This document shows positions 11,376 to 21,531 of a stretch of 64,000 bases of DNA, in pieces. The notes beneath the pieces were generated by a model that saw nothing but the letters and a program-made list of their open reading frames with translations, searched no databases and was not told where the DNA came from. This DNA is from Flectonema sp. DT1601 (lineage: Eukaryota). Location: the NCBI GenBank assembly GCA_964019425.1, contig OZ025784.1, forward strand, positions 682,001-746,000, given 5' to 3'. Every line of letters begins with the position of its first letter. The stretch's first letter is position 1. Position numbers and translations under genes: made by a program.

Positions 11376-13288
11376 AAACAACGTACGGGGGGAGAGAGTA
11401 CAGAAGAATTATTCTGTTTCTTCTTTTTTTTTTTTTTTTTTTTGTTCCTTTTCTGCTTACCATACTAAAAAAAAAAAAAAAAAAAAGCAAAATTAGGATG
11501 GAGTGCGTCGATTCATTGGGTAGACCGATATAGTCTACACCGTTAGCGTAAAAAAAAACAAGGCAAAAAATTGACCCAAAAAATCTTTGATTTTTATATT
11601 TTTTTTATTTTCCAAATAAGAAATGGTTCTAATTTAGTCTTTTTTTTGAAGCTTGTCGGAAACTACAGTGAAATCACATTTCTTTTTTTTTTTTTTTTTT
11701 TTTTTTCCAATGCAAAAATTTATTGGTTTTTTTCGTGACATAAGAATAAAATCGTTTGATGTCGTGATAAAGAGACCACCAAAAAAAACTCAAAAAAAAA
11801 AAAAAAAAAAAAAAAAAAAGACATTTCACAATACTTTCCAACAGCTAAAATACAAAAACCAAGATTTGGGACAAACCACATAATTTCCAATGCGTTGTAA
11901 AAAACAAGTGAGAACATAGACGACACTGTACACGCAATGCTTGCTGGATCCAAACAAGATTACAAGACTCGTAGACCTTACGAACACGACTAAGCCTTAA
12001 AATATTTTTTTTTTTTTTTGATGGATATAAACGGAAAAAATCTCGTCAAAGCAAAAACAACGTGGTTCAGTAACCCCTCTATATCTCCTTTGTTGGGGAT
12101 AGGAGCGTAGAGAAAGAGTGCACATTCAAAAAAAAAAAAAAAAAAATTGTAATAATACGAAAAAAAAACCCCTAAGATAATAATACCGAAAATGACTAAA
12201 CAAGGTAAAGCAAGTGCTCTGAGAAAAATATCACCAAAAAAAAAAAAAAAAAAACCTTTCCAAACTACAACAAGAATAAAAATTAAAAGGGTATACTTCC
12301 GCATATCCGAAACAAGGACAATAATGTAATGATTGACAGTATTAGATAATAGTTTTTATTTGCGGTTCGGGTAGTTGCACACGTCTGGGAGTGAGTGTCA
12401 GGTCGCCTGCATAATAGGTTCTTTCTAAAACTGTCATTTTTTTTTTCTTTTTTTTTTATAATAATACTATGTTTATGCTTATTTTTTTTATTTTTTTTTC
12501 TAGAAACAAAAAGGTTTTTGTTGACGCTATGCAAAAAAAAAAAAACGAAATGAAATGAAATGAAAACCTGGGGTAAACCTGAAAAGTAAGTAGTTAGATG
12601 ACATGTTGCTAGGGCAAAGCAAACTAGCCCCCTTTCCTGCGTCACTTAGCGTTTCACAGTAGGTGCAAGTTGCTAAGAATAAAAAAAAATAAAAAAAAAG
12701 TTAAAATTAAAATTAAAAAAAGAGCATAGACGCCTCGGAAACCTCGACAACGTTGAATAAAAAAAAGGTTAGAATTTTGATTCATTGTTGTTTTTTTTTT
12801 TTTTTTTTTTTTTTTTTCTCATTCACATTAAATGGATAGGTCGAACGTGACTTGCTTTTTTTTCAAAGAAAAAAAAGAAGACTGAATATATAAAAAAAAT
12901 TAAAAAAAAATTAAAAAAAAATTATTAAAAATTATTAAAAATAAATCAATACGAGAACAAAGAGATCTAATTCTCTACGGTATAAGCAACTGACTCTAAC
13001 AATCGGCCACAAGTCACTTTCTGGAAATTGATTTTAACGTGACTATATCTTGAGAATTCTGTTGAAATTCTGATTCCCTTTCAGTCTTTGGTACGAAGAT
13101 GCTTCCATTCTCGAAATTGAATTTGCGTTTTTTTTTTTTTTTTTTCCGAAGCAAACAGTTGAGCAAGAAAAAAGTAGCTAAATAGGATTGGAAAAACAAG
13201 AACAACAAAAAAAAAAAAAAAAAAAAAGGGGAAAAAAAATTTACTATTTTTTTTTAATTGAGAGAAAGAAGAAAAAAAAACATTATTT

Positions 13289-13564
13289 TCAAGCGCAAAT
13301 TGACATAGCAGCTATTGCAACGTCAGGACGATCTTTACTAGTGAATGCCAGAGAGCACGACGAGTGTCCCCAAAAAAGGTCCTCATCCTCATCTTCAAGT
13401 GACGACAACGATGAGTCAAGAAGACCAACCCTCGAAATATCTTTTTTCATCCTCTGTGAGTCGCTACTTGAGACACTACTCCTCTTCGACGAATGCCTTC
13501 CCTTGAATGGCATTTCAACCTCTCCCGTTCCGTTAGCCGCGGCAACAATGTGAGCATTTCCCAT
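13289..13564 (-). CDS. Small Ser/acidic-rich hypothetical protein (91 aa), possible N-myristoylation (MGN)
   Basis: Coding-like base composition inside an otherwise homopolymer-rich region, on the same strand as all other genes, with a pyrimidine tract and AG upstream. Confidence 0.4.
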   Translation of the reverse strand: MGNAHIVAAANGTGEVEMPFKGRHSSKRSSVSSSDSQRMKKDISRVGLLDSSLSSLEDEDEDLFWGHSSCSLAFTSKDRPDVAIAAMSICA

Positions 13565-13824
13565 TTTTCTACGGTAGGTGTGAAGAGTTTGCTGGAGAAG
13601 AGAAAGTAATATTATTATTTTTTTTTTTATTATTCACAAATATCAACATCAGTCACACAGCGACACTGTACTCTGCATAATGTGAATGTAATACTTGAAG
13701 GAACAAGAGATTAAGTACTACTGAATTTATTTCTGATGCTCAGATATTGATGCGATAAGAACTCAAGATAGCCATCGGGGGGAAGACTTTATTTGTAGAC
13801 AAAGCTTTAAACGCCATAAAGCAC

Positions 13825-14327
13825 CTCCTTCTGCAGCCTATCCTGGTGAGTCTAACCAACAAGCCTAGACCCTTGGACGCAGCTGTCATCATCTTTTGAA
13901 TCTTAAAGGTTAACTTCCCATCATAATGTACGCCAAGATACCGCACGGTATTTGTCTTGTGAACTTTTCGTCCAACCGCATAGGTAAATCCGTGTAATCC
14001 GGGTCCCACTCTTTCCAGCATCTTATCTATTTCTGCCTTGTCGTGGACTTTCTTCAGTTGTGAGAAGCTGGCACTCATCTTCATTGTTTTCAGTACCGCC
14101 GGTTTGTTCGGTAGCTTGACTTTAATCTTATGTTGTGGAACGACATACAGGTGAGTGATGGCGAATTCTTCTTTTGAAACTACAGTTGTTGAGTTATCAT
14201 CCTTTACAAGGTTACTCATTTGTTCTGCCGTGGCCACTACTGTGGACTTGTCATGAGTTCCACTTGGCCTCACGTGAATGTATTCCGTCTTGCCAGGGTT
14301 CTTATTATTGATTTTGATGTGTGAGTA
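13825..14327 (-). pseudogene. Internal RT fragment of non-LTR retrotransposon subfamily 2
   Basis: Nearly identical to ~45585-46123 (KNPGKTEY...VRYLGV...GLLVRL) with small internal deletions. No ends or poly(A). Confidence 0.85.
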
Positions 14328-14332
14328 TAACC

Positions 14333-14431
14333 AAAATAAAAAATCGCAATCTAGGTTGGGCCCCGACCTCTGAGAAAAATAAAGAACACCTATAGTGAGT
14401 GGCTCCACTCGGTTCGATCCTGCCACTAGGC
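14333..14431 (+). pseudogene. Decayed tRNA-Met cassette (B-box-containing remnant)
   Basis: AAAATAAAAAATCGCAA matches the tRNA-Met 5' flank. TCTAGGTTGG resembles GCGAGGTTGG, and GTTCGATCCTGCCAC resembles the tRNA's GTTCGATCCTGGCAC. The middle is diverged and gives no cloverleaf. Confidence 0.45.
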
Positions 14432-14831
14432 GTATTCAGGGCAGCCGCAAAGCATAACAACTGGTCTTTGGCCAGGCTAGACCATCGTCCTACTGGAGTA
14501 TATGGAAAAGGCTAAAGGAAAAGACAGCTAATGCTGGACTGGTCCGTAGCCAGGAATCTCAGGCGAAAACCATCAAAAAAATCACCTGACCGAGGATCTG
14601 CAACCGAGAAGGGAGACGAGCTGGACGCAACGACCCAGGGAGAGCCACAATCAGACGAGATGGTCGGGTTGGAGGAGCTGGAAGACTCTCGGATATGGAG
14701 GTCGATGGAGAAGACGGGCCGGAAGATTCGGTGTCCAGTACGTCGAGGAGACGTTAGACGTTATGGTCGGGATGGAAGAGTCGGACTCCGTCGATGGTCG
14801 ACGGAGAGGAAGGCAGAGGAGGGGCAGGGAG

Positions 14832-15022
14832 GTAACTTGATACCAATATTAAATGGAAAGCAACTTGAAACTGGCTAAAACGAGAATAGGGTTCGGCCAA
14901 ACCTGGTTGCATATAGAAAATCAACAATTGGTATCGCTAAAAATCCCATATGTGCTGTCGAATATGGGGATTCGAGGGCCACGTACTACAGGTTGAGCGC
15001 CCCATGCCCTGTAGCCCGTTAC
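14832..15022 (+). repeat. Dispersed GTAAC...GTTACA repeat (solo-LTR-like), copy 2, preceded by a purine tract
   Basis: Homologous to 10308-10438. Short inverted termini GTAAC/GTTAC, with a G/A-rich run immediately 5'. Confidence 0.55.
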
Positions 15023-15080
15023 AGCTTTAAAAGTATTCCTTCACACTTCAAAAGCAAATAAATATTAAAGGAAACGAAAA

Positions 15081-15330
15081 AAGAATTGGCTTTATCTCAA
15101 CTATACAGAAAATAATGATATAACACTGCGATTTTTTGTTTGTGCACGAAACCGGAGAGACAGAACCGGACAGATAAAACGTAAAATAAAGAAGCATAAA
15201 ATAATGATAAGCAAAAACAGAGGTTGTTTGTGCACGAAACCGTGAACCGACTTAAACTGATAAAGCTAAAGGATTACGTGTGCTGCCAACATTCTTTTTC
15301 GTTCTTACAATACTTGTTAAATGCAAAAAA
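15081..15330. repeat. Dispersed ~170-bp repeat family 'GCACGAAACCGTG' (here split, with partial duplication)
   Basis: 15081-15154 and 15224-15330 match the inverted copy at 41341-41500. The core also occurs at 22057-22145 and 32315-32420. Confidence 0.8.
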
Positions 15331-15836
15331 TTATTTCTGGTTCGTAGCACACTACCAGGGGAGACAGACGAGGGCAGGTCACAAGAGGGAACGTCACCCG
15401 AAGGGAACAGGCCGGATGACTGACTGCGTCAGGCGGAGCGCGGAGAGGGCAGTCGGAGCCTCCGCCGAAGCTGGGGAACCCAGGCGAAACAAAGCCAACG
15501 GCCGAGAGACCTGCACAGCGGAAAGGGAGGATCGGTGAGGGCAAGAGAGATCGTCGGGCACGGTGTCAACGAGCACGAGGGGAATTAACTGTTCGATTTT
15601 GTACTTTTTTTTTTTTTTTTTTTTTTGTGTGCACAGCAGGTTCCTTCGACCTGCTTTGCTGTTTGCGCTGTTAGGCGCGGTTGTTCTTTCTTTCTTCTGT
15701 ACACTTTCTTTTTGTGGGGATTGGGGATGGGATGGGGGGTTCCCGTAGGCTTCGTATCTTCTTTGTTTTCTTTCTTTATCAATTACTAAAGAGTTCAGTT
15801 TACTTCCTCATTTGGTCTAAGAACCGCATCTTTAAA

Positions 15837-18800
15837 TTATGGATTTCCAGGTCTTCCGAGCATTTCAGCTATTTGGTCCAGTACCACTACAAAGTTGGAC
15901 ATGTTGCGTTGATTCTCCTTTAAGAAGCAGTCCTCTACTTTACTCACTACTTCACCAGTTTCGGTATTAATCATGCTGTGTATGTACAATGATCTCATCT
16001 TTTGGATACACCAGTGGTTGCACTTGAAAAGCACATGATGCGGTGTTGCAGTATCTCCATGACAGAAGATGCACTGTTCGTTTATTCCTTTTAGTTTAAG
16101 AGATCTACAGTGTCCAACTCTGAAGCGGGACATTAGGACTTCTTGTGGTCTCGTCAGTTCTTCTACAAAAGGTGGATGCCTCTGTTCGCCGGCTCCAATC
16201 CACTCCTCTCGTTTTCTTCTCTTGTGAAAAGTCATAAGGGTTCCCATATCCAGTCTAGTAACTAAACTCTCGAGTACCACACTGTCATCTGGAGGTTTCT
16301 TTATCGTACCTGCAGCGTGTTTTGCCACCTTGTCTGCTATTTCATTATACAGCACATCCATATGTGCTGGGACATACTGCATGTTAATATTAACACCTCT
16401 GTGTTCCAGTTTCAGTGCTAACTTCCAGATTGATGCGTTTGTAGCAGATTTCTGTTCTTCAGGTCCTCGCTCAAGTGCCTGTATTAGCGACATTGAGTCA
16501 GTTAGAATATGCGTCTTTGTTGTGGGAAGTATTCCTTCGGATGCCTTTTTGTTTTTCAGGAGTATTCTCATCGCTTGTTCCACGGCTATCTGTTCAGTTC
16601 TGTAGGAGCTTCCTGCTACAGGTATTCTGAATCCGGTCATGCTAACTTCCTTACCCTTCACTATTATCACAGATGCTCCTGACTTAGTCATGTACGTCTT
16701 CGTCCTATGTCTAATAGACCCATCTGTGTACACCTTCACGTCTTCAATTGGTAGACCGGCTTCTTTGTCTTTTGCCTCTTCTTTTCCAAAACAGTAGTTG
16801 AATTCCATTGCATTAGTTACCTTCCATGATCGCATCTTATAGTGCTTTGGATTGATTTCCGAGTGATACGAGCTTCTGTGTTTGTCGAGTCCCGGGATCC
16901 CCGACACATATTCATCCCAAACTATGCGACCCCAAGCTGTTTTTGGTGGGTAGTTTAGGCCTCCCTCCGTCATTGTGAGGCTACAAGCTGGTAGGTGGGG
17001 ACTTAATTTGAATTCTTCATAGGCCCTACACATCTTGTAGCGTATGTGTTCTTGTAATTTCGGCATATCTGCTTCATGGTACAAGTTCCTCAGCCTGGTG
17101 CTTGGCAGACATCCCGTTACCTGTCTAGCGGCTCTGTTTATTAAGATGTTTAGCCTCTCAAGACTGACGTCACCTCTCTTTGGCAGCAGCCAGGCAAAAC
17201 TTTCAACCCCATAGAGCACTCTCGCCATTACAACGGTCACCAGAACACAGATGAGGGTTCTCTTCCTGCATCCCATCCTGGAGAGTCTTAGCAGGAGCCC
17301 CAGTCCTCTGGAGGCTGCCGTCATCATCTTTCGCATGTGAGTTTTGAAGTCGAGGTTTTTGTCGTACAGAACTCCCAAGTATCTTACTACATCCGTTTCA
17401 TGTAGTTTGTCCACCACCGAAAATGCAAAAGCCTTGAGACCAGATCCAGTTCCTTGCAGCATCCTCAGGATGTCTCCTCTGGTGCGAACCTTTTGCAGTT
17501 GTGAGCATTTACTAGGTTCCATCTGCATGTCTACCAATACAGTTTCTGTCGTCGGTAATTTTCGTTTTATTTTATGCTGCGGAACCACATAGAAATGTGT
17601 TATCGCCTTTTTAGAATTGCCTATAGTAGTTGAGTCCTGATTATTTAGCATTTTTCGGATGGCCTCTGCTGTTGTGACGACATATTTGAAGGTGTGCCCC
17701 TCCGGGTATAGCACTTGTGGAGACTTATTTTCTTGGCTATCGGTATCCGGCCTCACATGTATGAACTCTGTTTTACCCGGGCTCTTGTTTATACAAATGT
17801 GGGATGCTGCGGCCCAATTTGAGAAGATGCGTACTGCTGTGTTAGCTTTGTCCTCCAGTCCTTTAACATCTGGAGATGTCATCACGAGCCCAACATCATC
17901 TGCAAAGACTGCTGGTTTATACCTATTCAATTCTCGTATAAGGCTTTCGATGTATATCGAGAATAGCTGTGGTCCTAGGACACTTCCTTGGGGTACTCCG
18001 ACTTGTATGTGTTTGAATGTTCCCTTTTCGCCGTTTACTCTGGTTGTGATCTTTCTCCCAGTCAAATAGCTCTGGACCCATCTTGTGTATTTCGCCGGTA
18101 TCCCAACTTCAGACATCCTCTTCAGTAGAATTTTCGGTTGGACGGCATCGAATGCCTTCTGCAGGTCAAACGTCATTAACATCGATTCCCTACCTCGGTA
18201 CCTTCCATCTAGTAGTCTCTCTGTTATCATGCAGAGATTTTCTACGGCACTGCGCCCTCTTTTATATGCGGCTTGCCGCGCACTCATCCTGTCCCCAAGT
18301 AAATGATGCATCCTTTCTGCCATCATCTTCTCAAACAACTTGCTTATTGCTGACGTTAATGTTATTGGTCGGTAAGAGAGTACACGTTTCTTGTCCTTTC
18401 CCGATTTTAAGATTGGAACTACTATCCCATACTTCCAAGATCTCGGAACCGCCGACTTTTCCCAAGTCATGTTGAACAGCCGTAAGAGTTGCACCATAAA
18501 TGTTTCTGGGAGTTTCTTTAACATAGTGTTCCACACCCCATCCGGTCCAGGTGCTTTCTTGTCTTTTAATTTCTTGAGCTGTCGCTTTAGTTCTCTCATT
18601 GTGAATTCTTCATTGCCTTCGTCCCCTGGTTTGTTCTCAAATACCAAGGAGGGCACTTCGTCGTCTACCAGATTGAATTGTGTCGCGTATGCCGTGGTAA
18701 ATATGTCTGCCATTTCTTTTGGATCAGTTGTTGTACTGCCTTCATGTTCTAATTCGCTAATGTTATTATCAACAATGCCCCCTTCAAGTTGCTTTACTTT

Positions 18801-19802
18801 TCTGAAAGCCCATTGGTAGTCCATCCCAGTCATGTCACATTCGATGATGTTTCTTTTAATTTTTCTGATGCCTTCCGCAATGGCATCCTTGTCAACTTTG
18901 TCCTGGTTGGGTTCATCAAGCAGTCTTTCTATTTCTGGATCCCTCACTGAGAAGGTGGTTTGCGTCCTTTTCTTATAGCCCGGTATGGTTTGTTTCGCAG
19001 CCTTCAGAATTTCTACAGAGATCCTTGTTGCAAGTTTTTGCACTGTTTCAATATTCTTTAACTTCGTTGCCGCCGTCGTTAAAACCTCCGAGTATGCATG
19101 CCACTTTGCACACTTCCATTTCCATTGCCACATCTCGTTCGATTGTGGTTTGGTTTTCGTCAAGTGTATGTTTTCAATCTTTACACTTATTGGAAGATGG
19201 TCGCTACTCCATCCATTTAGCAGTCCTATGTTTGCCATCATTGAATTATCCAGAGCAATAATATCTGGGGAGGATGAGCTCAATGGTCTCGTTATCTGCT
19301 GGGGCTCGTTTAATACTTCCATGGCAGCTTCTAATGACCAATTATAGAAGCTTGTTCCTGCTGAATTCATCTTTCCTTTTGACCAGATCTCATGATGTCC
19401 GTTGATATCGCCTGCTACCAGTGTTCCTGGCTCTGTTGGTAACTTCCATGTGGTTGCCGTTACGTTAGGCGGGTGATATACATTGTGTATTTTTAATGGC
19501 GGTGTTGATCGCAATTCTACAGATAGTATCTCAGTTTGGTCGTATGAGATGTCGGGGAGTTTAGTCACATAATTTTTAATATCCATTCTGACAAGTATGG
19601 CCAGACCTCGGTATCCTACCTTCAGAAGGCTGTCTCTTCGAATTATTATATAACCATCTATATTTAGAAATTTTCCGTAATTGAGCCATGTTTCTTGTAG
19701 TAGAACAATTTCTGGCTTGTGCTCTCTTAACGATCGATTTAATTGGAAGAAGTTTTCATTTTGTAGTATCGATCTTATGTTATTGGACCAAATCTCAATC
19801 AT
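15837..19802 (-). CDS. Retrotransposon ORF2: AP endonuclease + reverse transcriptase + RNase H + CCHC finger (1321 aa)
   Basis: APE: LLQETW, AGDINGHH, SSPDI, SDHLPI. RT: KAPGPDG, YRPITL, DLQKAFD, GVPQGSVLGP, FADD, YLGV. RNase H: VYTDGS, TEQIA, LTDS, YVPAH, NEIAD. CCHC: CIFC-x7-HHVLFKC. Confidence 0.97.
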   Translation of the reverse strand: MIEIWSNNIRSILQNENFFQLNRSLREHKPEIVLLQETWLNYGKFLNIDGYIIIRRDSLLKVGYRGLAILVRMDIKNYVTKLPDISYDQTEILSVELRSTPPLKIHNVYHPPNVTATTWKLPTEPGTLVAGDINGHHEIWSKGKMNSAGTSFYNWSLEAAMEVLNEPQQITRPLSSSSPDIIALDNSMMANIGLLNGWSSDHLPISVKIENIHLTKTKPQSNEMWQWKWKCAKWHAYSEVLTTAATKLKNIETVQKLATRISVEILKAAKQTIPGYKKRTQTTFSVRDPEIERLLDEPNQDKVDKDAIAEGIRKIKRNIIECDMTGMDYQWAFRKVKQLEGGIVDNNISELEHEGSTTTDPKEMADIFTTAYATQFNLVDDEVPSLVFENKPGDEGNEEFTMRELKRQLKKLKDKKAPGPDGVWNTMLKKLPETFMVQLLRLFNMTWEKSAVPRSWKYGIVVPILKSGKDKKRVLSYRPITLTSAISKLFEKMMAERMHHLLGDRMSARQAAYKRGRSAVENLCMITERLLDGRYRGRESMLMTFDLQKAFDAVQPKILLKRMSEVGIPAKYTRWVQSYLTGRKITTRVNGEKGTFKHIQVGVPQGSVLGPQLFSIYIESLIRELNRYKPAVFADDVGLVMTSPDVKGLEDKANTAVRIFSNWAAASHICINKSPGKTEFIHVRPDTDSQENKSPQVLYPEGHTFKYVVTTAEAIRKMLNNQDSTTIGNSKKAITHFYVVPQHKIKRKLPTTETVLVDMQMEPSKCSQLQKVRTRGDILRMLQGTGSGLKAFAFSVVDKLHETDVVRYLGVLYDKNLDFKTHMRKMMTAASRGLGLLLRLSRMGCRKRTLICVLVTVVMARVLYGVESFAWLLPKRGDVSLERLNILINRAARQVTGCLPSTRLRNLYHEADMPKLQEHIRYKMCRAYEEFKLSPHLPACSLTMTEGGLNYPPKTAWGRIVWDEYVSGIPGLDKHRSSYHSEINPKHYKMRSWKVTNAMEFNYCFGKEEAKDKEAGLPIEDVKVYTDGSIRHRTKTYMTKSGASVIIVKGKEVSMTGFRIPVAGSSYRTEQIAVEQAMRILLKNKKASEGILPTTKTHILTDSMSLIQALERGPEEQKSATNASIWKLALKLEHRGVNINMQYVPAHMDVLYNEIADKVAKHAAGTIKKPPDDSVVLESLVTRLDMGTLMTFHKRRKREEWIGAGEQRHPPFVEELTRPQEVLMSRFRVGHCRSLKLKGINEQCIFCHGDTATPHHVLFKCNHWCIQKMRSLYIHSMINTETGEVVSKVEDCFLKENQRNMSNFVVVLDQIAEMLGRPGNP

Positions 19803-21519
19803 TTTGACAGTGGTTTTGGTTTGCTGTTACTTGGTGGGTAGTTCCGCTTAGCCCTACCTTGGCTTCTATCTTGTTGACGGCGGTTGCAATTTGAGATATT
19901 GCATTCAACATTTGTTGATAATTTTTAACAATCATTTCTTCATTTTTCTTTGTCGCATTGGTCAGTCCTTCAATTATCTGCGTCATTTTTGACATCGTTT
20001 CATCCAATCTAGTTTGCAAGTCAGCTACCTCAGTTTGTAATTTTGCTAGCGTCTCGTCAGTTCTTTCCTTCATAGTCTTGAGACCATCTTCTACTTTCTT
20101 CAGTTCTTGCGTTTTTCCCTGCGATGGGGGCAGTTTATTTTCTTGTTGTTGGGGCTGCTTGTTTCCTTGCAGTGTCTTTTTAGTTGCTTCCGCATAAGAT
20201 ATTTTCGCATCTCGATACTTTTGTACGGCTGGTTTTGGTTGTTTTTGGTCTTCTGGCAGCTCCATTTTCTCAATAGACATCAGGGTCTCACCACATTGTA
20301 AGAACTGGCTTTTCGGACTTTTATCGAGGGCGACCAAGAAGTCGCCTTTCTCCATGCGAATAAATTTAGAATTTAATCCCGCTTCCAAGAGCATTCCCTG
20401 GAGCCGGTTCGACCACCTGTACTGTGCACCACTGATACGGTACAGTCCAGCACCGTAGACTTGCGCAGCGAATTTCCCGGCACCCTTCCGTACTTTCTCT
20501 ACGTTTGCAGAGGCACTCACCCTTATCCCTATCTTCCCATAGTTGGTAGTCAGCCCCATGCACATGTCTTGTTGTGCCTTCAGGACTCCCATGGCTTCCT
20601 CATTCGAAGTTTTCCTGTCAAGCCATACTGTTTCATAGACATGCTTGGTCAGGCCCTCTATCGATTTTATCCTGAAGTAAACTTTGTTACTCCCTGAGTT
20701 GTGCATCAGTGCGATTGCTGCCTTTTCATCGTTTGGTAGGACTGTGACTTCACTAAAATCCCCCTTTCCAACTATCCGGAATGTCCTTGTGTCGACCCGT
20801 CCCTGATCACCCACCACTGCCTTGATTTTTGCAGTAAGCGATGCTGGGTTTCTGATAGCATCTCCTCCTAACTCCTTTGCTGTAGCCCACGCGATGAGTT
20901 CGTGAGTGATCGGTGGCTTTATGTTTGTTGCCACTATTAGTGTTGGGGTGTAGGTTGCTCCGGTAAAAGTCACAAACCACCATGATCTTATTCTTAGTCC
21001 CACTGCCATCTGGACAGGTGTTTGAATCTGTTGGGATGCTGTCGCGTATTTTAATGCTAACTCCGTTGGCGGTTTGGTGAAGACCAGGGTTAGTCTCTTC
21101 GTTTTCGTAGCTGTCTTGTAGAATTCCTCTCCAAGTTTAGAGGCTTGTTGGGACAGTACTAATGATAAGCCGTCTGTTGAGCTGTTGATTCCGTCTTCCA
21201 TCTTTATAATTTTTGATGGTTTACATCCGAAATGCTCTGGCTTCAGAGTTGGAGGATTTGTTTCCGGTTTCGGACCAGCCGTTTGGCTTGCTTCTTTTGT
21301 TTGTGGTGCTTCCACTTCCATCGCTTCTCCCTCTGATACTTCTGGTGATCCTCCCATCACCACGTCTTCGTCTCCTTCTTGCTGTTTTTGTGTCCTCTCT
21401 TCTTCTTCCCGGATTTCATTCTTGGCTTGTTCCCTCATTTTCTTCGCCTCTTTCCTTTCTCTTTCTCTCCTTTCCGCAGCCCTTCTATCTTGCGGACGCA
21501 TTGCTTTCTTACCAGCCAT
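19795..21519 (-). CDS. Retrotransposon ORF1 (574 aa), basic/acidic N-terminus and C-terminal coiled coil
   Basis: Directly upstream of ORF2 and overlapping it by 8 nt (ATGATTGA). No CCHC knuckle seen. Confidence 0.85.
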   Translation of the reverse strand: MAGKKAMRPQDRRAAERRERERKEAKKMREQAKNEIREEEERTQKQQEGDEDVVMGGSPEVSEGEAMEVEAPQTKEASQTAGPKPETNPPTLKPEHFGCKPSKIIKMEDGINSSTDGLSLVLSQQASKLGEEFYKTATKTKRLTLVFTKPPTELALKYATASQQIQTPVQMAVGLRIRSWWFVTFTGATYTPTLIVATNIKPPITHELIAWATAKELGGDAIRNPASLTAKIKAVVGDQGRVDTRTFRIVGKGDFSEVTVLPNDEKAAIALMHNSGSNKVYFRIKSIEGLTKHVYETVWLDRKTSNEEAMGVLKAQQDMCMGLTTNYGKIGIRVSASANVEKVRKGAGKFAAQVYGAGLYRISGAQYRWSNRLQGMLLEAGLNSKFIRMEKGDFLVALDKSPKSQFLQCGETLMSIEKMELPEDQKQPKPAVQKYRDAKISYAEATKKTLQGNKQPQQQENKLPPSQGKTQELKKVEDGLKTMKERTDETLAKLQTEVADLQTRLDETMSKMTQIIEGLTNATKKNEEMIVKNYQQMLNAISQIATAVNKIEAKVGLSGTTHQVTANQNHCQND

Positions 21520-21531
21520 TTTATTTTTTTT

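Larger units (their letters stand above)
15605..21528 (-). mobile_element. Apparently intact two-ORF non-LTR retrotransposon (APE-RT-RNase H; I/Ingi-group-like)
   Basis: Uninterrupted ORF1 and ORF2, a 3' UTR, a ~22-nt poly(A) (T-run 15605-15626), and a candidate TSD TTTTGTAC at 15597-15604 and 21529-21536. Confidence 0.9.

Noticed and set aside
10461..13208. Many short F/K-rich ORFs in intergenic DNA (also 29883-33294, 38777-39549, 40378-42281)
   Set aside because: Artefacts of poly(A)/poly(T) runs, with no protein-like sequence.
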